Assembly: GCA_001794055.1 (NCBI GenBank)
Contig: MGJB01000012.1
Span: forward strand, 1,124-65,123
Reading direction: 5' to 3'
Length of the DNA: 64,000 nt
Source: Candidatus Yanofskybacteria bacterium RIFCSPHIGHO2_01_FULL_41_26
GTDB lineage: Bacteria > Patescibacteriota > Minisyncoccia > 2-02-FULL-40-12 > GWA2-44-9
Of this stretch, positions 21,567 to 32,032 are shown piece after piece. The position numbers were made by a program, and so were the translations under genes. How positions within the stretch are numbered: position 1 is the stretch's first letter; each line of letters starts with the position of its first letter. The notes under the pieces are model-generated. The model was given only the letters and a program-made list of their open reading frames with translations. It ran no database searches and was not told where the DNA came from.

Positions 21567-22751
21567 TCAAACTCTATTTCTATTGAAATAGCCTGAAACA
21601 GGATGAGACAAAATTCCGATAACCAGAACAACAACGGCGACTACAAGAAAATACTGCCAAAGCTGATTTTCTTTATCGTTGTTGCTTCCAAATTCCGGTA
21701 AAGTGCTTCGGGTAGAGTCTATGACAGACCTCAGGTAGCTTCTTACTGTGGTTGTGGCATTTTCGACTGTCCAGATGTGGCCGGTCGGGTCTGTTCCCGT
21801 TGAACGGGACAGAAAAGATAAATTATTCTTATCCAAACGGGAAATTCCGTTTTTCCATCCCTCATTAATCAGCTCTTCTTCGTTATAATCTTCTCCTTTT
21901 TTGTAGCCTCTCACAAGAGTCCACCAATTCACCCCTCTTTGGGTACCAACTCCGACCGGATATATCTTAATGCCCCGGCGACGGAATTCTCTCAAAGCCG
22001 CATTGAACCTTTTCAAATAATCATCTTTGTATTGAGTAGCGGTGGCCGTGGTTGGTTTGTCATTTTTGAACTGATCTTCACCGTCACTTATAAGAATAAC
22101 GATCCGATTTGTTCTTTTTTGAGGAACATATCTGGAAACTTTTTTAACACCCATATCCTGCCTATCCAACGATTGATAGATGTTCTCAAGCATTGAGGCA
22201 AAATCCGAATCCCAGATAAGTCCGTCACCTTTCAGATCGCCCTGTCTGGGAAAATTGATATTAGCTACTCTTTCGAAAACAGTATCGTGTTTATTGGTAA
22301 GATATATTTTCCGGTGAGATTCTCTTCCGAAAACAAATAAAGCAATTTTGTCGTTATCGTTCAAAAAAGCTTCGATGTTCAAAGCTTCGCGTTTGGCAAT
22401 TTCCAGGCGTGATTCCTTAACATCGTTTCCCCGCATTGATATTGACCGGTCAATAACCATAACTATTTCTACACTTCCTCTGGAAAAACTGACTCTATCT
22501 TTAGCTAAATATGGTTTTGCCAAAGCCAAGATCATTAAAGCCCCGGCCGGAATAACAAATAATCCCCAGATCTTCACTCTTCCTATAAGAGGATACTTCG
22601 AACCATAGGTCGGGAGTGACCTAGTTTTTCTTTTTATGACAACAGCGAGCAACCAAACAACGAATAGTATCGCCAGGGGAATCAGAAGATAAAGAAATAC
22701 CGGCTCCAAAAAATGCAAACTATTCCGTAAATTTGTGAAGGCCTCGATCAT
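21567..22751 (-). CDS. VWA-domain membrane protein (BatA-like)
   Basis: N-terminal TM segment. VMVIDRSISMRG (DxSxS MIDAS motif), von Willebrand A fold. Confidence 0.7.
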   Translation of the reverse strand: MIEAFTNLRNSLHFLEPVFLYLLIPLAILFVVWLLAVVIKRKTRSLPTYGSKYPLIGRVKIWGLFVIPAGALMILALAKPYLAKDRVSFSRGSVEIVMVIDRSISMRGNDVKESRLEIAKREALNIEAFLNDNDKIALFVFGRESHRKIYLTNKHDTVFERVANINFPRQGDLKGDGLIWDSDFASMLENIYQSLDRQDMGVKKVSRYVPQKRTNRIVILISDGEDQFKNDKPTTATATQYKDDYLKRFNAALREFRRRGIKIYPVGVGTQRGVNWWTLVRGYKKGEDYNEEELINEGWKNGISRLDKNNLSFLSRSTGTDPTGHIWTVENATTTVRSYLRSVIDSTRSTLPEFGSNNDKENQLWQYFLVVAVVVLVIGILSHPVSGYFNRNRV

Positions 22752-23467
22752 GGCCTTTTCCTGAGGCTGCCCTGGCCTCCCTCCTCGCCTTCTTTGTCTC
22801 CGCCTTTCTTGTCCTTGTCATTCGGTACAGGCACCGGAGGACCATTCTTGTCTTTAATGGGTCCGAGGATGAATTTCGGCCTTGGTCCCTGTTGAGGATT
22901 CTTAAGGGCTTCCTCAGCATCCTTTTTATTCGTCACCAGATCGTAATTCCAAACCCGGTCAAAACATTTGTTATTGACAACGCCCGAATCAAGACAGTTT
23001 CTCAAAGCCTTCTCGAAATAAGAAGCGATTTCGGGGAGAGCATTAAGGGCACCCTTGATATCGCCGCTCTGATGGCGGGTTTGGGCCTGTCTGAATTTTG
23101 CATTTCCGTAAATATACGCCCTAGGATCATCCAACTTATCTTTCAGGTCGCTCTTTACCAATGCCTCCCAGTCATGAATCAAATAGAAATTGGCAAACTC
23201 GTAGAACGGCGAGTCCCCGAACAAATATTTATCAGCCCAGAATTGAACTTTCCATTTCTTGCTTAGGTCGTAAAAATAATGAAGACGGACGAGTTCCTGG
23301 TTGGTTGCAACCGAGTCGCTCATTTTTATGTTGGAAACAAGGCGTTCCCTCGTATCGCTGTAGTTCGCAAGCGTGAATAAGATCGCGCTTGAAACTGTTC
23401 CGATGCCGGCAATTAATAGGAGAATCGCAAAAAGAAAAAGCCGCTGGCCAAGAGTTCTGCCTCTCAT
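22748..23467 (-). CDS. Membrane-anchored hypothetical protein of Bat-like operon
   Basis: N-terminal TM segment LFLFAILLLIAGIG. Gly/Lys/Asp-rich C-terminal tail. Start overlaps the stop of the neighbouring gene by 4 nt. Confidence 0.4.
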   Translation of the reverse strand: MRGRTLGQRLFLFAILLLIAGIGTVSSAILFTLANYSDTRERLVSNIKMSDSVATNQELVRLHYFYDLSKKWKVQFWADKYLFGDSPFYEFANFYLIHDWEALVKSDLKDKLDDPRAYIYGNAKFRQAQTRHQSGDIKGALNALPEIASYFEKALRNCLDSGVVNNKCFDRVWNYDLVTNKKDAEEALKNPQQGPRPKFILGPIKDKNGPPVPVPNDKDKKGGDKEGEEGGQGSLRKRP

Positions 23468-23567
23468 ATTGCCTTCCTGTTTTTATTAAAATTTAAAGAT
23501 TCTTAAGTATAAATATAAAATTAAAATAATAAATAGTCAAATAAAAACCCCCACATAAAATGGAGGG

Positions 23568-24719
23568 CTACGGGTCTTCGCCCCAACGTTCAACAATCAA
23601 ACCCGTTCCTACAGCCAGAAACAAAATTACAACACTAAGTAGAAGCGGCCTTTGATAAATAAATATCCTCAACAGGTGCCGAGTGATCTTAGTCGGAGAT
23701 TTTTCCAATTTATCGATATCCCGATAAGCCCTGCCCAGACTTTTGGAATCATAGACGCTATAAAATTTAAATCCGTATCTTTCGATCTGCTGTTGAAAAT
23801 TAACAGCACTGAGAAGCTTATTTCCATTACCGGCCCTTTTCTCCCCATCCTCATTGGGCTTAGTGTGCAAAATATAAACATTGATCTTTCTTTTTTTAAG
23901 TTCTTTTAACTGGATTTCGGGATCGGCATCGATGGCCATGTCAGTTTCGATGAACAGAATCCTCTGTTTTATTTTTTTGTCGCTACTGACATCAAAATGT
24001 TTTATGACAGCATTTAAAGCGGCGACAAGATCCGTGCCGCCTCCGTTCATGACCATTTTAATTCTGTCTCTCGGTGCAACAATATGGAGCTGGGCATTGT
24101 TCGGATCGTTTTCCGGAAGCAAAGCATTGCCCGGATCAGTCACCACATAAGGCATGTCCTCGGCCTGCATCATATAAATATCATCGTCGGTAATGAAATC
24201 TTCAACCATAGTCGGCGCTCCAGCAAAATACCAGAGAGAACACCGGTCATTCTGGCCTTTTCTCATTTCAAGAAACTTCATGAAAGATTTATGAGTAATT
24301 TCCGCGACCGATTTATTCGTATTTTCATACGGCCATCCTTTGGATGGAGAAACATCCAGAAGATGTATCCATTCTATCGATTCGATATGCTCATCTATTT
24401 TAGTTTTGGATAAATACGGATTGGCCACAGCTAAGAGGAGGAAGAAGATCGCCCAGGCAAGAAAAATCTTGGGAACTAAACAGATCAATTTAACTGTATT
24501 GCTGCGCCAATATTTTTTAGGAATAGCATGGCCGGAATAAGGACGCCTAAATTTGTTCTTGCCCCAGAGCAACTTGTAAAGCAATGCCACAATAAGAAAA
24601 AGGCCCGCCCCAATGGCGGGGCCTAATGAAAGATACTGGACCTGATTGAAGTCGGTGTCCCGTAAAATTACCAGTCCCGACTTTACTAACTTAATAAGTT
24701 CATTGGCCTTATTAAGCAT
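23568..24719 (-). CDS. VWA-domain membrane protein (BatB-like)
   Basis: TM segments at both ends. IHLLDVSPSKG (DxSxS MIDAS). Confidence 0.55.
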   Translation of the reverse strand: MLNKANELIKLVKSGLVILRDTDFNQVQYLSLGPAIGAGLFLIVALLYKLLWGKNKFRRPYSGHAIPKKYWRSNTVKLICLVPKIFLAWAIFFLLLAVANPYLSKTKIDEHIESIEWIHLLDVSPSKGWPYENTNKSVAEITHKSFMKFLEMRKGQNDRCSLWYFAGAPTMVEDFITDDDIYMMQAEDMPYVVTDPGNALLPENDPNNAQLHIVAPRDRIKMVMNGGGTDLVAALNAVIKHFDVSSDKKIKQRILFIETDMAIDADPEIQLKELKKRKINVYILHTKPNEDGEKRAGNGNKLLSAVNFQQQIERYGFKFYSVYDSKSLGRAYRDIDKLEKSPTKITRHLLRIFIYQRPLLLSVVILFLAVGTGLIVERWGEDP

Positions 24720-25836
24720 GAGAAATCCTTAAAGAATTCAGAAAGGCTTCCCTAAATTTTATCCAAAAACCTGCCCCCTCAACAATATTCAATAATGCCT
24801 GGATCTCCAACCGTGGTTCAGTAAAATGAACTAACCGTCCGGATTCCATATCTTCGTAATAATTCTTGAGCTTTTCGGCCAAAGAAGCAAAAGCCTTATA
24901 CTTCAAGCCCATCGCTTCCTTCTGTTTTTCTCGAAGACCGAGCAAGCGTTTGAACAATTCGGCCGGAGTATCGGATGTTAGAGGCTTGACCGGAGTCCCG
25001 GAAAGCTCAACCAAAACCAATTCCCTCAAAAGAGAAAATACTTTTTTTTCGAGTTCCACTGATGAAACATCGGTGCCCTTGGCTTCCAAAAGCTTTTTCA
25101 GTTCCCGAAGAAATTTTCTTCTGGCCTTCTTGGGTAGAATATCAGGAACAATTTCAACAACAACCTCCGCCGTAATTTCACTGGATTTGTTTTCGCTGGC
25201 CTTTTTATCCTTGCTCTTTCCAAAATACACCCAAGCAATTAAAACAATTAGTAGCGACATCGAGGAAGCGGCGATAATGGCATACCCAGCATTGCGAAGT
25301 GTTCCTCCGCTCCACCTAAAGAGTTGGAAGACTATTTCGTCTCTGATATTCAGAGGGGGTGGCTTAACCGGAGAGTAGACATATCGTACCCCCACTTCAT
25401 CAGTGGGTATCTCCTTGGGCTCACTACTCTCTTTTGCGTTGACCTCGGTCGTACCGGCTTTCTTGATAACCCAAATAAAGTTAAAGGACGGAAGTTTCTT
25501 GTCGCCTTTTTCGGGCTTGATGATCCTGAAAGTGTAAATAAAATCTTTGACGTGAACGATACCAGAATCGGCATTACCCTGATCGGGCAAAACTACCACT
25601 TCAAGCTTGATCACCTCGAATGGATCAGCCTTGATATTTTCCGGCTGCATCTGTTCGTCCAAGATAAGGACTTCATCATAGAATTGTGCCCGATAGGTAA
25701 TCCTGAACGGCTCGCCAGTTCTGACAACGCTCGGTGTCGGCTGACCGGTTTTAACCACGATCGGAGAAAACTCCTGAGCCAAAATTGGTGTAGAAACCAA
25801 AAGAACAAACGCGCATAGAAGAGGTCGGTATTGCAT
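24712..25836 (-). CDS. BatD-like secreted/membrane protein
   Basis: Signal peptide MQYRPLLCAFVLLVSTPILAQ, VRTGEPFRITY block like the BatD N-terminal domain, central TM segment. Shorter than classical BatD. Confidence 0.4.
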   Translation of the reverse strand: MQYRPLLCAFVLLVSTPILAQEFSPIVVKTGQPTPSVVRTGEPFRITYRAQFYDEVLILDEQMQPENIKADPFEVIKLEVVVLPDQGNADSGIVHVKDFIYTFRIIKPEKGDKKLPSFNFIWVIKKAGTTEVNAKESSEPKEIPTDEVGVRYVYSPVKPPPLNIRDEIVFQLFRWSGGTLRNAGYAIIAASSMSLLIVLIAWVYFGKSKDKKASENKSSEITAEVVVEIVPDILPKKARRKFLRELKKLLEAKGTDVSSVELEKKVFSLLRELVLVELSGTPVKPLTSDTPAELFKRLLGLREKQKEAMGLKYKAFASLAEKLKNYYEDMESGRLVHFTEPRLEIQALLNIVEGAGFWIKFREAFLNSLRISHA

Positions 25837-25937
25837 TGATTGTTCCGCTAAATGTAAAAGTTCTTGCCGCTAAACATAATAAAAAAAGACGCATTAGTCA
25901 ATGCATCTTAGCCTAAGGTCATTTTGTCAAATCGACC

Positions 25938-26873
25938 TTATCTGTGCCGGCTTTGAAGTTTATGCCGGGCGGTAAAAAACCTATACAACCTATTGAAGTG
26001 GCGCCCATTGGCTCCATATTCCAAAACCACACAATCGATGCCCATTCTTTGCAGCTGTTTTTTTCGAAGATAGCGGCGCCGTGCTCTCAAATCCCGCTCT
26101 ATTTCCGGAAGGTCTTTCCTGGAAACACTCACCCGCTTACCACTCTCCGGATCGTCAAGAGATACGTATCCGCTTCCTCTAGCCGAAAGGAATTCAAGCG
26201 GATCGTCCAGAAAAATAAAGATCAATTCATGTCTTGAGGCAACATGCCTCAACAACGGAGAATCAACGACTTTTTCAAACCCGACAAAATCAGAGATCAC
26301 TGGAATGAAACAAGGTTTATTGCAACATCTTCTGATAAAATCCAAGGCGGCAAGAAAATCCGTTTTAGCCGGCAGCAATTTTTTCTTGGCTGGATCATTA
26401 CTCTCCAAAAGATCATAAACCGTTTTTAGATAATAGTAAAAATTGCTCCGGCCGGTTTTGTCCGGCATATCAAGAACTACTCTATCGGTAAAACCGATAA
26501 CTCCGACCGGATCCATAAAGCGAACTGCAGTTAATCCGATAAAGCCGACTGCTTCAAGAAGCATTCTTCTTCTATTGTGATCAATGCCCGCATAGATAGA
26601 CTGGCTTAAATCCACAAGAAATTTAACATGCGTTTCGTGAGCCTCGATACACCTCCGGGCATATTCAGTATCTTCATCGCCATCCAAGTCGATCTTCATG
26701 TTAGGCATATCGACATCAGGATCAAATTCTTTGATATCAAAGAAATCGCCCTGACCAAAGAACAAACTCTTGTGTTCTCCCAGACGAATCCGCGACGACA
26801 GTCTTAATGCCGGAATGCCTCCTCTTATATGAGTAAGGGCCGATAAGACATCCTTGAATTCCAAATCTCTCAT
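25938..26873 (-). CDS. DUF58-family protein (MoxR partner)
   Basis: GEHKSLFFGQGDFFDIKEFDPDVDMPNMKIDL matches the DUF58 core (G.H.S...G.G.eF...ReY..GDD.R.IDW). Confidence 0.7.
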   Translation of the reverse strand: MRDLEFKDVLSALTHIRGGIPALRLSSRIRLGEHKSLFFGQGDFFDIKEFDPDVDMPNMKIDLDGDEDTEYARRCIEAHETHVKFLVDLSQSIYAGIDHNRRRMLLEAVGFIGLTAVRFMDPVGVIGFTDRVVLDMPDKTGRSNFYYYLKTVYDLLESNDPAKKKLLPAKTDFLAALDFIRRCCNKPCFIPVISDFVGFEKVVDSPLLRHVASRHELIFIFLDDPLEFLSARGSGYVSLDDPESGKRVSVSRKDLPEIERDLRARRRYLRKKQLQRMGIDCVVLEYGANGRHFNRLYRFFTARHKLQSRHR

Positions 26874-28027
26874 GGCAAAACTGTCTCGGCCACTATCCTT
26901 TGAACAACATCTCCAGAAGAAATATTTTCGTTCATTGCCTTTGGATGAAGACGGATAACATGCTCCATGGTTAATGGAGCTACTGCCTTTACATCATCAA
27001 CCTCAGCAACAACCCTGTCCAAACTTTTGATCTCTTTATCATCCTCGAGGAAAAGACGCATCAGGCGGTGGGTTAAAGCGGCCATTTGCATATGGTAATT
27101 CCTTCTCCGGGAACAACCAGTGATAACATACTCCTCAATGAACTTGACCATATCCGGATTGGTGTGACGTTTTCTCGATTCTTTGAAACGATACATGTCT
27201 CTGGAAGGTGGCCACGAATTCTCGATGTGGCGCATGATGAGTTCATCGGCCTGGGGAGACAACTTGATTCTCTTCACCATTTCCTGAATATCTAGAACTT
27301 GTCCCAAATTCATAACCACTTTCACTTCTTTGTTTACAACGTTCTCAAACCTGATCATCATTTCCTGCTCGCGCGAAGGAGCACCCATCCCGAAAGAATA
27401 TGTAAACCTGTCCATCTGGGCTTCCGAGAGAGGGTAGGTTCCTTCAAATTCAATTCCATTCATCGTTGCAAAAACGATGAAAAACATCCGCTTTTCATCC
27501 GGATCATCAGAAATTGGATAAAGAGGAAACATTGTTGGCATAAGAAAACCATCTTTCTCATGGCTTACGTTCAGAATGACATGAGCTCCCTCCATTGCAC
27601 CAAGCATGGGAGCCTGACTCTTGGGAGGAGTTCTGTCGATTTCATCGGCAAAAAAGATGTTGCTAAAAAGCGGCCCGCGCAAAATGGTCCTGATGCCAGT
27701 AAACTTATCTCTTTCTTCTTTTCCTGTTAGATCAAATGGGAGAGTATCGGGTCTCCCATCAACCCTACCAAGCTTGGCGCTTAAAGAATCTGAAACATAA
27801 TTGAACATCGCTGTTTTTCCGGTTCCAGGGAGATCTTTGACAAGAGTGTGAGCGCAGGACCAGCCCTTTCGCTTCTTGCTGTCTCTTAGGAGAGGCGTAT
27901 AGATTGCCAAATTGGTTCGGAAAATCGCCTGATCTGCTCCAAACAAAACTTTAGCTGGCTGCTCCATCGCTTCTTTTACTAAAGGTCTTGCTTCGTTGGG
28001 ATCAATCAGAGATGTGATTAGAGCCAC
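26870..28027 (-). CDS. MoxR-like AAA+ ATPase
   Basis: Walker A LPGTGKT, Walker B/sensor FADEIDRTPPKSQAPMLGAMEG, typical of MoxR AAA_3. 4-nt overlap with the DUF58 gene. Confidence 0.8.
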   Translation of the reverse strand: MALITSLIDPNEARPLVKEAMEQPAKVLFGADQAIFRTNLAIYTPLLRDSKKRKGWSCAHTLVKDLPGTGKTAMFNYVSDSLSAKLGRVDGRPDTLPFDLTGKEERDKFTGIRTILRGPLFSNIFFADEIDRTPPKSQAPMLGAMEGAHVILNVSHEKDGFLMPTMFPLYPISDDPDEKRMFFIVFATMNGIEFEGTYPLSEAQMDRFTYSFGMGAPSREQEMMIRFENVVNKEVKVVMNLGQVLDIQEMVKRIKLSPQADELIMRHIENSWPPSRDMYRFKESRKRHTNPDMVKFIEEYVITGCSRRRNYHMQMAALTHRLMRLFLEDDKEIKSLDRVVAEVDDVKAVAPLTMEHVIRLHPKAMNENISSGDVVQRIVAETVLP

Positions 28028-28157
28028 TTTTTACTTCTCATTTTCAATGAGCATTTTCGATAGCATAATTAAAAAAACAAACGCTGTCAATCAATTGACA
28101 ATCATCAAATGTCCTTGTAAGGTTACAACCAATCAGGCTCATTAAAAAGAGGTTATT

Positions 28158-29657
28158 GTGCTAAGAAAACTTCTGCTGTTCGCGATGCTCTTCATAATTT
28201 TCGCGGGCAGGAACAGCGGTTCCGATAGAATCCTACAATCTCCGATCCTCGATACAAAAAGTCTCAAGAATTGGTTTGCCCAGGATCTCAAATTCAACAT
28301 AGAACCGGTAACTATGCGCGACCTGCTCAACAGTCCCGGCTCTGATTGGCTTGTTTACCATGGAGACTATAAAGCCAGTCACTATAGTCCTTTGACAAAA
28401 ATAGATCGGGACAATATCAAAACTTTGGTCCCGAAATGGACCTACAAAATAAATGACGGGGCAAATTTGCGTTCCTCCCCTATTATTAGTCATGGGGTAA
28501 TGTTCGTCACAGCCGCCAATGAAGTCCATGCCCTGGATGTTTCAACGGGACAATGGCTATGGAAGTGGCAGGCTTATCTAGAGCGAAGCAAGGGAATAAA
28601 TCGCGGCATTGCGATCTATGAGAACAAAATATTTTTCTCCACTTCCGATTGCCAACTGGTCGCCTTAAACAGAGAGACCGGAAATCTTCTGTGGTCGGTA
28701 AAATATGTCGACAGTCAAAACAGATTTTTCTCAACCATGGCTCCGCTAGTCATCAAAGATAAGATTTTTCTTGGTGTCGCCAACAACAACAGCGGAGAAA
28801 GCGGTTTTGTTGCCGCTTTCTCAACTTCCGACGGAAAAGAGTTATGGCGATTTCAAACCCTACCCGCCCAAACCGAACTTCGGGGAGCGCCAACTTGGCT
28901 GACGGGAAGCTACGATCCGACCACCGATACGATCTATTGGGCCGTCGGAACTCTGCCCGACGATCAGAGAGCCAATCCCAAATCTTACAAGACACCGGGT
29001 GCTTATCACGACAGCATTATTGCTCTCGATGCTAAAAACGGCCGCCTCAAATGGTCAACAAGATTAGCCGAATACATGCCGATAGATTGGGATTCCAACG
29101 AGCCTCTGGTCTTGACGGAGATGAATAATAAAAATCTCCTTCTCCAAGCAAATCGAAACGGACTGTTTTATTCGATGGACAGAATAACCGGCAAAATTAA
29201 TTTTTCGAAGTCCTTTGTCAAAAAAATCGATTGGACAAATAAGAAAAAGATTTGTCCGTCAGTGCGCGGAGCCACGAATTGGATGCCCCCTTCGTTCAGC
29301 CCTTTAACCGGCTTGTTCTATGTAATGACTCTCGAAGGATGCGTTGGCGAAGATAATTCCTTCTACATAACCGCCCTGGATCCAACCGACGCAAACATCA
29401 AATGGACCTATCCGACTAGAGGAACCAACATTGCCGCTCCGGGCCTATTGGCTACCGGCGGAAATATTGTCCTGGGCTCGGAAGGTTCGGGACACATGGT
29501 CGCCCTTGATGCGGTAACCGGAAAAAAATTATGGGATTTCAGTACCGGAAAACCCATGTTCGGGGCTCCGGTAACATATCTGACAAATGGCCGACAATAC
29601 ATAACCATGGTTGCCGGCTCGGATGTATATACTTTTGGACTCTATTCAGCACGATAA
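28158..29657 (+). CDS. Secreted PQQ-like beta-propeller repeat protein (PQQ-dehydrogenase-like)
   Basis: Signal peptide. HGDYKASHYSPLTKIDRDNIKTLVPKWTY resembles the N-terminus of PQQ-dependent dehydrogenases. Repeated W-containing propeller blades. Confidence 0.65.
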   Translation: MLRKLLLFAMLFIIFAGRNSGSDRILQSPILDTKSLKNWFAQDLKFNIEPVTMRDLLNSPGSDWLVYHGDYKASHYSPLTKIDRDNIKTLVPKWTYKINDGANLRSSPIISHGVMFVTAANEVHALDVSTGQWLWKWQAYLERSKGINRGIAIYENKIFFSTSDCQLVALNRETGNLLWSVKYVDSQNRFFSTMAPLVIKDKIFLGVANNNSGESGFVAAFSTSDGKELWRFQTLPAQTELRGAPTWLTGSYDPTTDTIYWAVGTLPDDQRANPKSYKTPGAYHDSIIALDAKNGRLKWSTRLAEYMPIDWDSNEPLVLTEMNNKNLLLQANRNGLFYSMDRITGKINFSKSFVKKIDWTNKKKICPSVRGATNWMPPSFSPLTGLFYVMTLEGCVGEDNSFYITALDPTDANIKWTYPTRGTNIAAPGLLATGGNIVLGSEGSGHMVALDAVTGKKLWDFSTGKPMFGAPVTYLTNGRQYITMVAGSDVYTFGLYSAR

Positions 29658-29699
29658 TTTGTGCTGTTTTTTTTAATAAAAAATTCCCTAACGGGAACT

Positions 29700-30623
29700 T
29701 TATCTTACTGTTCTGGCATATTCATAAAGATCATTGACTGTGTATATAGGCGTTACCAAAATTGTATCTGAAACTATTATTAATGCTTTTTTGCTAATCA
29801 ACTGGTCCCTTTTATCATATTCCAATCTTTCCGGTCTTTCAGCTGTTATAATTCCAAAAGCCTCTTTTTCTCCGTTTTTATTAACTTTTATAACGACTCC
29901 TCCGCTCAATCCACCAAAAGAAAATTTATGATTTCTCTTTGTAATAACCTTTATATATTCGTTAGTCCGAAATTTAAGCTCCTTCTCTGGACTTGATTCA
30001 TTCTCGTCGGTGTTAATATGGACATCAACATCAACCACAACAGCCTCCAAATTATCAAACACGACCTCTCTCTGTCTTGCGGGGTCAGCTTCTCTCAATT
30101 CATAGAATGTTCTAAATATTGGCAAAATTAAATCCTTGAAACCTTCAGTTGCGTTGGACGTTGTAATTTCAGAAGGATGAGGATGAAATCCTTGGATGAA
30201 AACAGCATCGCCTATCCTTAGTTTTGTGGTTGCTATTTTATACGGCGTCAGCAATTCCGCAGAGTTGAAAGGTTCAAATATTTTTAAAATCACAGCATCT
30301 CTCAATGGCGGAACTTGAACGACAACACAAGTATAAACTCGGCCGCTCAAAAATACCTTGCACTGATTGGCCCCCAATTCAATTATGTCGTTCATGAATG
30401 TATCGGTAAAATGCTTAGCACTAAACAATGTTCCATTACCGCCATCAATAAGCCAACCGGAGGCCAAAATCCTCGGCTTGCCCGCCCACTCGTTGGTCAA
30501 AAATGCCACCGGAACATTCAAACCACTCGGAAAACGCCCTTCTTTGCGGTAAATATTATCAGCCGGAGGCGGGCCACAGGCATAAACAACAAACAACAGA
30601 AAAACTAGAAGCATTTTTATCAT
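29700..30623 (-). CDS. Putative trypsin-like serine protease lipoprotein
   Basis: Lipobox LLFVVYAC from the internal Met. ASGWLIDGGNGTLFSAKHF resembles the His-region of S1 peptidases. Weak assignment. Confidence 0.4.
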   Translation of the reverse strand: MIKMLLVFLLFVVYACGPPPADNIYRKEGRFPSGLNVPVAFLTNEWAGKPRILASGWLIDGGNGTLFSAKHFTDTFMNDIIELGANQCKVFLSGRVYTCVVVQVPPLRDAVILKIFEPFNSAELLTPYKIATTKLRIGDAVFIQGFHPHPSEITTSNATEGFKDLILPIFRTFYELREADPARQREVVFDNLEAVVVDVDVHINTDENESSPEKELKFRTNEYIKVITKRNHKFSFGGLSGGVVIKVNKNGEKEAFGIITAERPERLEYDKRDQLISKKALIIVSDTILVTPIYTVNDLYEYARTVR

Positions 30624-30673
30624 GAGAGTCTCACTTTTCAAATAGCTAAAAATATCGTATAATAATAGCCCCA

Positions 30674-32032
30674 ATGAATCAAGCCGTATTAAAAAAACAC
30701 GCATCCACATTTCCCAAAATACCTGGCGTTTATATTTTCAAAAATTCGAATAATAAATTGTTATACATAGGCAAAGCTGCCAGTTTAAAAAGCAGAATTA
30801 GTTCATACCTAAAAACAAATGATTTCAGGATTAAAAAAATGCTTGAATTGGCTCGGTCGCTTGGATTTATTAGTACTCCATCAGAAATTGAAGCCTTAAT
30901 TCTGGAATCTCAATTAATCAAAAAATTCCAACCCGCGTTCAATATAACGCTTCGTGATGACAAACAGTATTTTTATGTGGTTTTCACGAAAGAAAAATTT
31001 CCCAAAATTTTTATTTCACATCAACCGCACATATTTAAATATCTAAATATTGAAGTATCGGATTCTGTTGGCCCATTCACTGACGGAGGTGCCCTAAAAA
31101 CAGCTCTGCGTGTTCTGCGCTCAATATTCCCTTATTGCACCTGCAAACAAACTCATCACAATTTCTGTTTGAATTACCATATTGATAAATGTCTCGGATT
31201 TTGTTGTTTAAAAAAACCAAGCCCGGAGACCCAAGGTCGAACCTTAGATTCATATCTGAAAAACATAGAAGCAATCAAAGACATTTTGAGCGGAAAAAAG
31301 AGTTCGCTTATTAAAAAACTTGAAAAAGAAATGAGGAAATCAGCTCAAAATGGTAATTTAGAAAAAGCCATTGAATTGAGAAAAAAAATATCAAACCTAA
31401 AGAGGATTTTCGAAAACGCTAAAATAATAAAAAGCTTCAAAATCTTAGAAGCTCACCATTCAGACTTAGAATCATTATTAAAAATTCAAAAACCAATAAC
31501 CAGAATTGAAGGTTATGATGTTTCCAATATCCAGGGTGCCCATGCCGTCGGTTCCATGGTGACATTTGTTCATGGCCAACCGGACAAAAATTTCTACCGC
31601 AAATTCAAAATTAAAAAAACCAACAAAAAAGAGGAGGGCGATTTATTTCACGATCGTAGTAAAAACACAACTTACGGCGGAGACACAGGAATGTTAAAAG
31701 AAATACTTGAAAGACGCTTTAAACATGAGGAATGGCCATTCCCTGATTTAGTATTGATAGATGGAGGGAAAGCCCAACTGAACGTTGCGCGTTCAGTAAT
31801 TTCCAATTATTATACCACACTTTTAAAAAAACAAAGGGCACCTTTATTAATTGCATTGGCTAAAAATAAAAAACATGTCGGTGAAAAAATATTTATTTCC
31901 GGAAGAAAAAATCCGCTTCCATTAACCAAACTCTCCTCTTCCGACAGAAATCTCCTCCTCCACATAGATTCCGAAGCCCACCGGTTTGCGATAGGATATT
32001 ACAGAAGACTTCACAGAAAATTGTTTAAGTAG
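30674..32032 (+). CDS. uvrC: UvrC-like excinuclease subunit lacking C-terminal HhH domain
   Basis: GIY-YIG N-terminal (PGVYIFKNSNNKLLYIGKAASLKSRISSY...ILESQLIKKFQPAFNITLRDDK), UVR-like helix, RNase-H-like endonuclease block IEGYDVSNIQGAHAVGSMV and DSEAHRFAIGYYRR. Ends at 452 aa. Confidence 0.75.
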   Translation: MNQAVLKKHASTFPKIPGVYIFKNSNNKLLYIGKAASLKSRISSYLKTNDFRIKKMLELARSLGFISTPSEIEALILESQLIKKFQPAFNITLRDDKQYFYVVFTKEKFPKIFISHQPHIFKYLNIEVSDSVGPFTDGGALKTALRVLRSIFPYCTCKQTHHNFCLNYHIDKCLGFCCLKKPSPETQGRTLDSYLKNIEAIKDILSGKKSSLIKKLEKEMRKSAQNGNLEKAIELRKKISNLKRIFENAKIIKSFKILEAHHSDLESLLKIQKPITRIEGYDVSNIQGAHAVGSMVTFVHGQPDKNFYRKFKIKKTNKKEEGDLFHDRSKNTTYGGDTGMLKEILERRFKHEEWPFPDLVLIDGGKAQLNVARSVISNYYTTLLKKQRAPLLIALAKNKKHVGEKIFISGRKNPLPLTKLSSSDRNLLLHIDSEAHRFAIGYYRRLHRKLFK

